A DNA stretch of 64,000 bases from Camelus dromedarius (Eukaryota), in the NCBI RefSeq assembly GCF_036321535.1, contig NC_087437.1:121832001-121896000 (forward strand), written 5' to 3'. The notes beneath the pieces are model-generated. The model did not search any database and was not told where the DNA came from. It worked only from the letters and a program-made list of their open reading frames with translations. Shown here piece after piece: positions 1-9,779 of the stretch (position 1 is the first letter of the stretch; each line of letters begins with the position of its first letter). The translations under genes were made by a program, and so were the position numbers.

Positions 1-809
1 TCTGAAATGCCAAAAATTTCTTTGGCCCTAAGTTGTACCTCGTTGAGCTGATTGGGCTCAGCCCTGGGTCTCGGTTTGCTGTATCTACGTTTCTGAGCTG
101 CAAGACAAAGACAGACGCATCCAGTCCCCCAGAGAACTGCTCTGTCACCCATGCCCGGCTGTATCTCCTTAACGGGCTTTTCAGTTATCAGTGAGAAGAA
201 CTCTAAACAAAGAAGTCCATGTTTTAAAACTTCAAGGTTTACTTTATCATGTCTTCAAAAGCTTGCAGGAGGCATTTAGTAAGGTCTCTTTTCCTTGAGT
301 TGTAAGTTAAACCCAGGATAGATCTCTTATTATTTTTTTTATTAGCCCCTGAATATTAGTTTTTAGTTTTACTTTATATTGGATGGCTCAGGCAACTCTA
401 TTGGTTTCCTTTAGTTTGTTTAAGTAATGTTTTCTGAGGGACAGATACGTGCCCAGCCTTATAATACCAAGAAGGGGAAGCGTTTTTCCATGGAAACATA
501 TCTATCCCACAACATAATTAAGCAAAAGAGATTTATATAAAGCCCACTTAAATATGCCAACTTTACAAACTTTTGTCTCCATTTTATTAACTCTTATACC
601 TTTAATTTTAATATTTATTAGGTTTAATCAATAATTCTTACTGCTAGAAGGGGTTCCAGGAGCCTTTTTCTTTTATTACTTGTCCACTTTATCTAATTTT
701 TATATAAAAGTTTCTGGGATCCCTAAGTTTGAGCCAAAGGACTTAGGCCCTTGTCAATTTTTAATTTGAGTAATTGATTTGTTGCCCCAATCATTGATCA
801 AGTATCTTA

Positions 810-810
<1 letters not shown>

Positions 811-850
<40 letters not shown>
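811..850. repeat. (TA)20 microsatellite
   Basis: Perfect TA run read directly. Confidence 0.98.
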
Positions 851-854
<4 letters not shown>

Positions 855-1680
855 CTAGCCCTATAAATATATACATTTTAAACTGGGGTAAATAAAGCGG
901 ACTTGTTTGAACTTTAATGTTGGGGACCAGTAGGTGATCCCTTTGGCCTTTTTTTTTTTAATTTTACGTAGTGTAGTATCAAAACCTTGTATCTAAATCC
1001 AAAAATGTCCATTTTATTTATCCCATTCAAAATAACCATCTAAAAAACATTTATCCATTTGGGATAAACCCCTTATTATTGTTAAGAAAAAATCTTTTGA
1101 CATTTTTACATTTCTTTTTTCAGTTACTCAACCTAATTAACATTAATTATTCTAATGTTTTTATTAGCATCTCTAAAACCCATTGAAGAGAAAGAGAAAA
1201 CACAAATGTAGCTTTCCAAACCAGTCTTTTCCCTCTTTTAAAGTAAGGTCTTAGGTTAACCATTAGATATATTTTTCCACCTTTAAACTTGATTGATTTT
1301 AATAGGTACCAATAAAACAGCTGTTTATAATGAGAGCTCTCTTAACTTTCACCAATTTAGAAGCTTTTCCACATTAAAGGATCCATCATATGGCCTTCAA
1401 TTAATACATGCATAGCGATCTTAAGCCAGTAAGATGAAAAGGCTTTTCCACATGAGAGTGGGGGGTGTTGCCTAAATAAATTTCAAAAGTTTACTCCCCA
1501 AAAGGTAAAGTCCTTTGTGGCCCCAGCTGATGCAATGAAGGTCAAAATGGCAAAATGCCTGAGAATTGGTACAATCAAAGAACCGCAGAGAATCCCAATT
1601 TATTTGCTTGGCCGCCACATGCACACAATACTTGTACCCTTTGCATGGCAGAGTCCAAGCCTTCCTTCAAATAAAAGGAA

Positions 1681-1707
1681 ACACACACACACACACACAC
1701 ACACACA
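1681..1707. repeat. (AC)13 microsatellite
   Basis: Perfect AC run read directly. Confidence 0.97.
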
Positions 1708-2429
1708 AAACACCCAGAGAAACACAGAACATCTACATTTCAAGGACACAGGAAGAGAAATCCAGGTTCCCCACAAAGGGGCTTTTGTTTTTATAAGGTC
1801 AGATTCCAGAAAATGTTTTATCAGGCCTGGCTAGTTACTTTCAGAGTGAGGTTTTTTAAATTCCCCATTAAGGCTGTAAGTGTTGTAGGTAAATAAGCCA
1901 GGCTGGGGTATTAGCTGGAGGCTGGCAATCTGTCATTTCTTTTCTTTTCTTTTTCTTTTTTTTTTTTTTTTGAAAGTTCACTTCCCCGTTCTAAGGCCGG
2001 GCTGTCAGACAAACCCGCATCAGGTTTCCCGCAGGGACACCTGCACGGCACGAGGTTGCCTCCGCCACCCCAGAAGGCTGCTGCCAGCCAGGAGGAGGGT
2101 CCCATTTTTGGAGGTGAAAGGTTTCTCATAAGAGTTTTACTTTTATCCCAATGGATTTAATGGAGGTAGCCAAACTGAGGAAAGCGTTAGACCAGCCTCT
2201 TACCTAACCACTCAGTCCAGACCCCAGTGTCTTTCCACCAGCCCCACCTCGGACATCTCCTCAAGGTGGGCATTTCCTGGTATCTTTCAATCAGGCCCCA
2301 CCCAGCATGTCTCCACAGGGTGGGTAATTCCCCCCAGTATCTTTCAACTCGGGGGCCAGGTACCTGGATACACCGCCAAATAAAACTCAGGATCATCAAC
2401 CAATATGGGAGACCCAAGATCCAGGAGAG

Positions 2430-2437
2430 ACTCACCC
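2430..2437 (-). promoter_or_regulatory. Putative retroviral major splice donor (GG|GTGAGT)
   Basis: Minus strand reads GGGTGAGT about 110 nt downstream of the PBS, the usual position of a retroviral donor. Confidence 0.55.
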
Positions 2438-2545
2438 AAATTCGTCTGGACTCCGCGAGGAGACGGGTGGGCACAAAGGGCCTCTGCTGGTACCAAGGCT
2501 CCGGTTCCTCGGAGAGCTCAGGCGAAGGAGAGAAGTCTGCTCTGG

Positions 2546-2563
2546 GTCCCTTCGTGGTCGCCA
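2546..2563 (-). promoter_or_regulatory. Primer-binding site complementary to the tRNA-Arg(TCG) 3' end
   Basis: Minus strand TGGCGACCACGAAGGGAC; plus strand GTCCCTTCGTGGTCGCCA equals the last 18 nt (with CCA) of mammalian tRNA-Arg-TCG; 4 nt from the LTR end. Confidence 0.85.
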
Positions 2564-2567
2564 AAAC

Positions 2568-3060
2568 TGTCGACTGAAATACACACGCAGCCTTAAAGTT
2601 AAGAGTTATGTTCTATTTGGCGGGAGGACTCGGGCCGGGGTGACGGCCTCTCAGGTGGCTCTGAGGGGCTGCTCCGAAGAGGTAGGGGAGGAGCCGGATG
2701 TATAGGAGCTTTACAACAAAGACCAGGTAGTTGGAACAATGAAAGATTACTTGTTATCTAAAGAGAATCAGGCATCTCAAGGTAAAGAATTTAGCGCTGT
2801 TCTATGTATGGGAGGAAGCAAACATTTGGGCTCACTGAATTCATTCCTTCGACAAGCACCTGGCTATCTAGGGCCAGTGTCCTGTCCTTTCTTATTCTGA
2901 GTCTGCTCAGGGTGCACCGTTGTGAGTGGCTGCAGAGGCCGGGCTGCAGGCCTGTCCCCACTGGGGGGTGGCGGCAGCCGCTGATGACCTGGTTTCAGCA
3001 TTCTTTGTTTACTGATATGGTTGCAGTATTTTCACTCGCACGGCAGTATTTTCGTTCACA
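2568..3060 (-). mobile_element. 5' LTR of the ERV (~490 bp, ERV1-like)
   Basis: Minus strand begins TGTGAACG (3060) and ends ...ACA (2568) next to the PBS; sharp compositional change to GC-rich flank after 3060. Confidence 0.8.
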
Positions 3061-3589
3061 GCAGCCACCCCTCAGAGCCTCAGCAGGGGTGGGAGGGGGG
3101 CCCCAGGCAGGCCCACCCTGATGTTCCTGGACCCTGGAGCCCGCAAGCAGGTGGGGCGTGGCCGTGGGAGGGGGATCAGGAGGGGCTGTGGTGTGGCCAT
3201 GGGAAGGGGGCAGGCAGGTACCCCCATCTGGGTGGGGTGCAGGGGGCCTGGGGCACGTGGCCACACGTCTGCATTTCAGGGTGGGTTCTGCTCACTGGCA
3301 GTGACCAACTACAAGAGGGAGAGTGGACTGAGTCCATCCCCCGACACTAGGCTGCTGCCCCAAAGCACGATTGTCATGGGGATCCGTGGGTTCTGCATGT
3401 GGCGGTGCCACCCAAGGGGGACCCCTGCCATGGGGGGTCACAGACCTTAAGGCTGGGGCCCAGCCCAGGGCCCACGAACAGGAACATTCACTGAGAAGCC
3501 TGGGAGCAGTTTCAGGAAGACATGGGTGTAGAGGAGCCCAGGCTGGGAATCCAGACTGACCCTCCCCTGCCCTCTCCCCACCACCTGCT

Positions 3590-3840
3590 CTCACTGGTCC
3601 TCAGAAGCCCTCACCTACCCTCACCTCCTTGTGGTTTCTCTCTGGCCCTCATCTTACGCTCACCTGCCCTGCCCTGCCCTGCCCCACGAGTCCAAACTGG
3701 CCTCACTCTGCCCTAACCGGCCCGTATTTGTTCTCGCTGGCCCTCACCCTCCTCAGCAGCCCACATCTGTCCTCACCTGCCCATACCCACCCTAGCTGCC
3801 CTCACCTGCCTATTCCTATCTCACTGGCCCTCACTGGCCT
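3590..3840. repeat. Degenerate C-rich ~10-mer tandem array (CCCTCACCTG / CCCTCACTGG-like)
   Basis: Many imperfect copies of ccctcac(c/t). Confidence 0.6.
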
Positions 3841-6779
3841 CCGCCCCTGGGGCCCTTAGAGCTGACTGTGGACAGGTTGGGCAGCGTGGTGACCTTGAAG
3901 GTGAGGGGGCAGCACCTGGGGCCAGGCTGCATGCTGACTCCTGAGACCTCCTCTTTCTGCTGACTCTGAGTGGCCACTGACCCCGAGCTGGCAGGACAGG
4001 AGGGGAAGAGGCCATGCAGGGCCTCGGCGGCCCCAGGTGAGCTCTCCGCTCTGCCGGCCCCGGGGCAGGCCTTGCCTCTCCCCCCCCACGAGTTGGGTGC
4101 CTGGAGCTTGTCCAGCCTCAGGCCGGGTCGCAGCTCCGTGCAGCCTCTCAGTGCTGGGAAGGGGGTGTGTGTTGCCGGCAGAGGGAGCTCGTGAGCTCTC
4201 TGGCACTTCTGCTCTGTGTGCGCAGGAACCCGGTGCCCCAGGGTAGCCCAGGCCATGGGTCAGAGCCTCGAAGCAGGAAGAAGCTGGGGGCGTGGGTAGG
4301 GGGAGGCCAGAGATCTGGAGAAAGAGGCCGAGGGTCTGGGTGGCCACCAACAGTGAGCTCCCGGCCACAACCCTGATGAGAGGGAGAATGCGACAGCGTG
4401 CCCAGAGGGAGGACACTGCCACAGACGGTCACTCGGTGACTCACAAGCAAGCACTGGCCCGGCCCCTGATGGAGCTACTCGGGGTGGGGGTGGGGGGCAA
4501 GACTGCAGGCTCCCCACTGGCAGGGGCCCAGGAAACTCGGAGGAGGCAGGAGAGGGGCAGGCGGGAGGCCCCTCGATCCAGGCTGGGCACTGGGGGTCTC
4601 CCTCCGTGCACCCCCGTTCCACTGACCGCTGCCTCCCCCACAGGGAGACGGCCTCACGGTGCTGGGGCTGCTGAGTTCTCAGGAGAAGCCTGACATCTGA
4701 CATTTCTATGCGAAAGCTCTGATTTTTAACTAATTAACAATTTTAAATTAGTTAAAACTAATTAAAATGGATTAAATTTGTACTAGTTAAAATAAATTGA
4801 ATTCTCCTTGAAGCACTGAGCCGACTCCTGAACTAGCTCGGCCTCCCCTTCACGGGCTCTGACCACCCTGGAGTCTCTTCCCTCCAGGGACCCAGGGCGG
4901 GGAGGGGACGGCCGCTTGTTTGGGCACGCGCACACCTAGGGCAAGGCCCAGCCCCGCGGTCCCGCGCTCCCCTGGCCCCGAGGCAGGGCAGTGCTCCCTG
5001 AGCTGGTGCGGCCGTGGGTGTGACTGTGCTGCTGGGGTGCTGGCTCTGCCCGACCCGGCCAGGTGCTCCTGGGGGGAGCTGGGGGCTGTCTCCTGGCCCC
5101 CAGCACTGGACGGGCCTGCCAGTGCAGCAGCGGGCCAGTGACAAGCTGAGGCCTGCAAGCCTACCACGGGTCAGGGTCCCTGTTGGGTAGAGTGTGACGT
5201 TACTCGATTCCTCCTGAGACCCAGTGACAGTGGGGCTGGAAGGGAGACGGGGGGTGTCTTCCCCTCGAGTCCTGCTCTCTGGTACAAAGACCTCACTAAG
5301 CAGTTGAAACCCTACACGGAGCAGCCTGTGTGGTCCATGTGGCTTCCTTCCAGAGGGGACCTGGCGGTGACCGTGCTCTGCCTGCCCCGCTCTGGGCTGA
5401 GAGGGGCCCTGAGGAGCCCCCCGTGAGGCCAGGGGAGGGGCCCCACTACCTGGCTCTGCCTCTGGGGTCTGTCCGGCTGGAGGCAGTGTTGGGCTTTCCA
5501 AACGTGAAGTGGTCACGGGGGCCTTGCCATCCCTAAGTTACGGGGGGGCAGGGCCGAGGTGGGGCAGCTACCCCCTCACAGTGGGTCACGCCTGTCAGGG
5601 TGCCCCCGGACGGGAGGATGGAGGTGGAAGGCACCATCTCTCTCAAGCCTTTGTGCACGTTTGTCAAGGAAGCAGCCACATTTTCAACTTGGAAAAGCAG
5701 GTCTTCCAGTAGGACGGACTGGAAGCTCTGGGCTCCACGTCTCCCTCCTCCAGCCCCAGGTCTCATGTCCCTGGGACCCACTGTCAACCCTGGCAGGTGA
5801 CACAGCATCCCCTTCAGCTGAGATACGAAACCCACCCTGTCATGCGGGGGTCCCCAGATCCACACTTCACATGAGGGTTGTGACCGGGGCCATCCAGAGA
5901 CACCTAGGTCACGAGAGGGGAGCCTGCGGACGAGATGTGGCATGCACGAGGCCGGCCTGCCACGGCCCCCTGGGGGCCTCGGACGTGGCCCAGGACAGGG
6001 AGGCGCAGCACACAGCGCTGTCTGCTGACTCCCAGCGTGGCCCAGGGCGCACAGCTGCCTTCTGCACCCTCCTTGTGGGGAATGCCGCGTCCAGATGGCC
6101 TTCCTTCGGCCCAAGCCCAGCTCCATCCTGCCTGGACTACCGTGTGTCTGAGGCTTCCCATCGTCTCCGGACCTGCTCTGTCCAACCCAGTGGCCACTGG
6201 CCGTGTGTGTCCAATTAGATTAACTAAGCAGAACTGAGAGTCCAGGTCCTGTGCTTCAGGTGTGAGAAAGGACAGTGCAGGTGGGGGCCGTTCCCATCGC
6301 CGCAGACAGCTCTGTGGGCGGCACTGACTAGGGTGACTGTCCCCGGCTGCCTGGACGTGCTCCCTCAAGCCTCAAGCCATGCCAGCCACCCCACCCCCCC
6401 ATCTGGACCCCCACCCCACCCAGCTTCCTGCAGGGAAGAGATGAGGCTGGATGCGGTGCCAGAGGTGACCATGGGGACGCGGGGGGGAAGAGGTCAAGGG
6501 AGCCGGGCCCTGCCTTCAAGTGCAGCACACGAGCCTGAAGGTCCTGCCTCTGCCCCATCACAGGGAGGCCGAGCTGCCAAGGTGGGTGAGCGGAGGGCAC
6601 GTGTGAGGGTGGGAACACGGGAAAGGTCCACCATGCCGTGGCCCACCCTGGAGTTCTTCCCCTGCCCTCGGCTGCAGATTTAGGCAGTCCAGGAGAGCCA
6701 AGTGAGACCCTGGGGAAAGTGTTAGACTCATGAGAGAATTAAGTCAAGCAGCTGATTTTAAAGCATACACATATATATT

Positions 6780-7570
6780 GTATATATACAAAATGAAGTA
6801 CATTTAGAAATAAACTTAACAAGAAATGTACAGAACATCTATGGGCAAACAATAAAAGTTTTCAGATGGACATTTAAGTAAGTGGAAGACACACCTCCAG
6901 GCGCCGGGGAGGTCTCCTCGGTGCGTCTCGTTTGCCCAGGACGGAACTGCAGCGACAGCGCGGTGCTCGGCAGGGCGCGGCTTGGAAGGTAGGCAGCACC
7001 TGAAGCTCCCCTGCAGGGATTACTGCATGTAGCAGGGTTTCTGCTTTGCCTGCAGAAGTGCAGCTGCAGGGAGGAGAACCTGGTGCTGACGGGAGGAGCC
7101 AAGCGCGGGTGGCTGCTCTCGGAGCCCGCGGGGCGGGGGCTCCAGCTGCGCGGCAGGCAGGAAAACAATTCCAGAGAAGCCTGACGGTAACCTAAACGCA
7201 GCCATCACGCAGACGCGGGGCGCTGAAGGCAGGAGCCACGAAGGAAAAGGCTGTCGGCATGTCTCCGTTCCAGCTAAAGCAGCTGGGGGTCAACGGGAGC
7301 CCCAGGGAGCTGTGCGCTGAGCAGCCCCCGGGGAAATGGGCCCGAGGCACGAGTCGGGGCTGTGCCCTCCGTCAGCGGGGGTTTCCGCGCGTTTGCACAC
7401 TCCTGTGTTTGATAGAGCGGTGTTGTGCCAACAAGGAAAAGACGAACACAAGCTGAAAAATGGGCCGGCGATGTACATGACAACTGCTCAAAATAAGAAC
7501 TAAAAATAGTCCTATTAAAGTCATGAGAGTGCTGTGTTTTGACAATCCAACTTGCAAAGATTTTTTAAAA
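6780..7570 (+). mobile_element. Ancient L1 ORF2 fragments, strongly GC-drifted
   Basis: 6780-6900 resembles L1 'aggaataaatctaacaaaagatgtgcaagacctcta...aaatggagagatatacc'; 'aaaaatgggc' motif near 7456. Confidence 0.5.
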
Positions 7571-9779
7571 TTTAAACCAATTTTTTCAGCTTTTTTTGGT
7601 CTTTCTTTTATTGAATAGGTGGTATATTTGCATAATTCAAAAGTCAGCAAGTGTAAAAGGCTCCGTGGTGGGGGCGAAGGCCTCCCTCCCACCCCCGCCT
7701 CCCTGTTCCACCCCAACAGGCAGCCTTGGTCCAGGGAGGACCGCCCGAACGTGCCCGCCGGCACCCCCGGCGGCCTCCTCCTCTGCGTGGGTGCCGGCAG
7801 GCGTGGCTCCGCACACTCCTGCCCGTCTGCTGGAGAGTCTTGGAGACGGCTCCAGATCCGCACACGGAGCTTCGAGTTCTTCTCTGAGCGGTGGAGATGA
7901 GCTAAGCACCTTGAACATTCACCGTTTCACTGCTGCATGAGGATGTTTATAAGGTTCTTTCCTGGACGTGAAGTTTGCTGCCAGCGTGGCCCCGGTGGGG
8001 GTGGGGGCCAGGGTGCCGGGGAGAGATTTGTTTTAACCACGACACCCAGTTCTGATGACAATGAGGGCGCGCTCACCCACGGCTGGTTGGGAACGCCCAC
8101 ATGTCGGTGGGAAGGGCGCAGCCTCTGAAGTCAGGTACACGTGTGCACAGACCAGTGAGGGGAGACCCAGAGACTCAGTGCAGGCTAAACAGCGCCTTCC
8201 ACCCGGCTGAGTGGCAAGACGTGGGAAGCTGACCGGCTCACAGGCTGCTGGGACCCCTCGGGGGGGCAGTGGAGTGTGCACTGGGCCGCCGTCCTACTGG
8301 GCGGCCTGGCACTGGAGGTCAAGTGAAGCCCCAGGGGCGCTGTGGCCCACAGCTCCTCTCCAGGGTCCCCGAGGCTTCCTCCCCCAGAGCCACGCCAGGC
8401 CCAGACCACAGCACGAGGGAGTGGGCTCCTGTCGCCACCTGGAGAAGGAACTGCTGGCTGTGCCTGGTACTCACCGGGGTGGTGCCCCAGCAGTAGCTGA
8501 TCAGCCACGCGGTGTGGATGCACCTGAGAAGGCCAAGGACGGGGCAGAACAAGGTGCCACCCAGGCCACTTAGGAAGCCTAAGGCAGAAAGTGCAGAAAA
8601 CAGTACACATTCTTGAAAAGACTTGATAGTTAGGAGGGCTGTCGGGGGTGGGGGAGACTCAGAGTGGGGAATGAGGGAAGGAACACTGGGGCCTTGAGGG
8701 AGGCGAGGGCGGGTGATCTGAGAGCCAGGGGAGGGTGGCCTGTGCCCTAGCCGAGGCCAAACAAGAAGCCAAGGACAAGCACACAGGCTTCGGACCCGAG
8801 CGGCCTCACGTGTCATCACAAGTCACCACTGTGCCTTTGGAGCACACGGTGACTCCTCGGAGCTCAGCTTCCTCGCGGACAAGACGGAGCAGCGACTCCG
8901 TCCCCACCACGGCCCCACTGTCACAACTGGTCACGACCCACGTGGTGCTCACAGACCAGCAGCCCCGTCGGTGTCCTTGTTGCAGTGTGATTATTCCGTG
9001 TTCTGAAGCACAGACATTTCTCCACCACTCATGGTATAAAAAAAATAAAACAGAAAGGGAATAAATAATGGAACTTAATCCACTTCCACCAGCCACACGA
9101 GCCACGTGGACTTGGAGCTGGTAAGTTCTTCGAGCCTTGTCTGCAGGAGGAGGGTGAGGTCTGAGTAACGCACAGCTCTGGGCAAATGGCTTCTGACCAT
9201 CATGGCCGAGGTGACAACAAGGAACAGATAGTGACCTCGTGTATGTGCTGAAAATAACTGACAAAGAATAGAATAGAAACGCAAGTGTTCTGTTTAACGT
9301 TTAACAGAAACATAGGTCTTCTGCCATCCATTTGTAGTAAAACAAGTCTGCTGGGTTAAAATAGTGTTACGTTTGTCCTTCCTTGTGACACAGGAGCATT
9401 GATTTTAGAGGGTCATTTTAACCAGGATTGCACATGGTGTGTTTGGAACATCGACCCCCTCACTCACCCCAACACCTGGCCTGGTGGACCCTGTGCTAGG
9501 ACTGCGGTGGGGGTGCCAGTGCAGCAGAGGAAGACAAAACTTCCAGAAACGTTCACTAGATCAGCAGGGTTTTCCTCCTGATTCTAAGATAAATGATCAG
9601 TCAGGCAACTCAGACCTGAAACAAAAGCCATTTTTATGGAAAATGACACCCAGTCAGCCCTCATCACACACGCCCCGCACTGACACGCACTCACATGTAC
9701 CGCACACACCCCAGAGGGAAGCCCCTCACTATGTAAGATTTAGGATGGCCTCTGGGGAGTTCCTCAAGAGACCAGGTCT

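Larger units (their letters stand above)
1..2567 (-). mobile_element. Endogenous retrovirus internal region (5' leader plus decayed gag/pro/pol-like sequence), continuing off the left edge
   Basis: Lies directly downstream (minus strand) of an LTR and PBS. Minus-strand peptide remnants DPR..IKW (~680-722), NYVV(G)IDMFPW (~490-520, frameshifted) and KPIELPEP (384-407) resemble a retroviral protease-RT junction. No intact ORF. Confidence 0.8.

Noticed and set aside
2546..2563. tRNA-Arg gene fragment
   Set aside because: Only 18 nt including CCA, next to an LTR, so a primer-binding site
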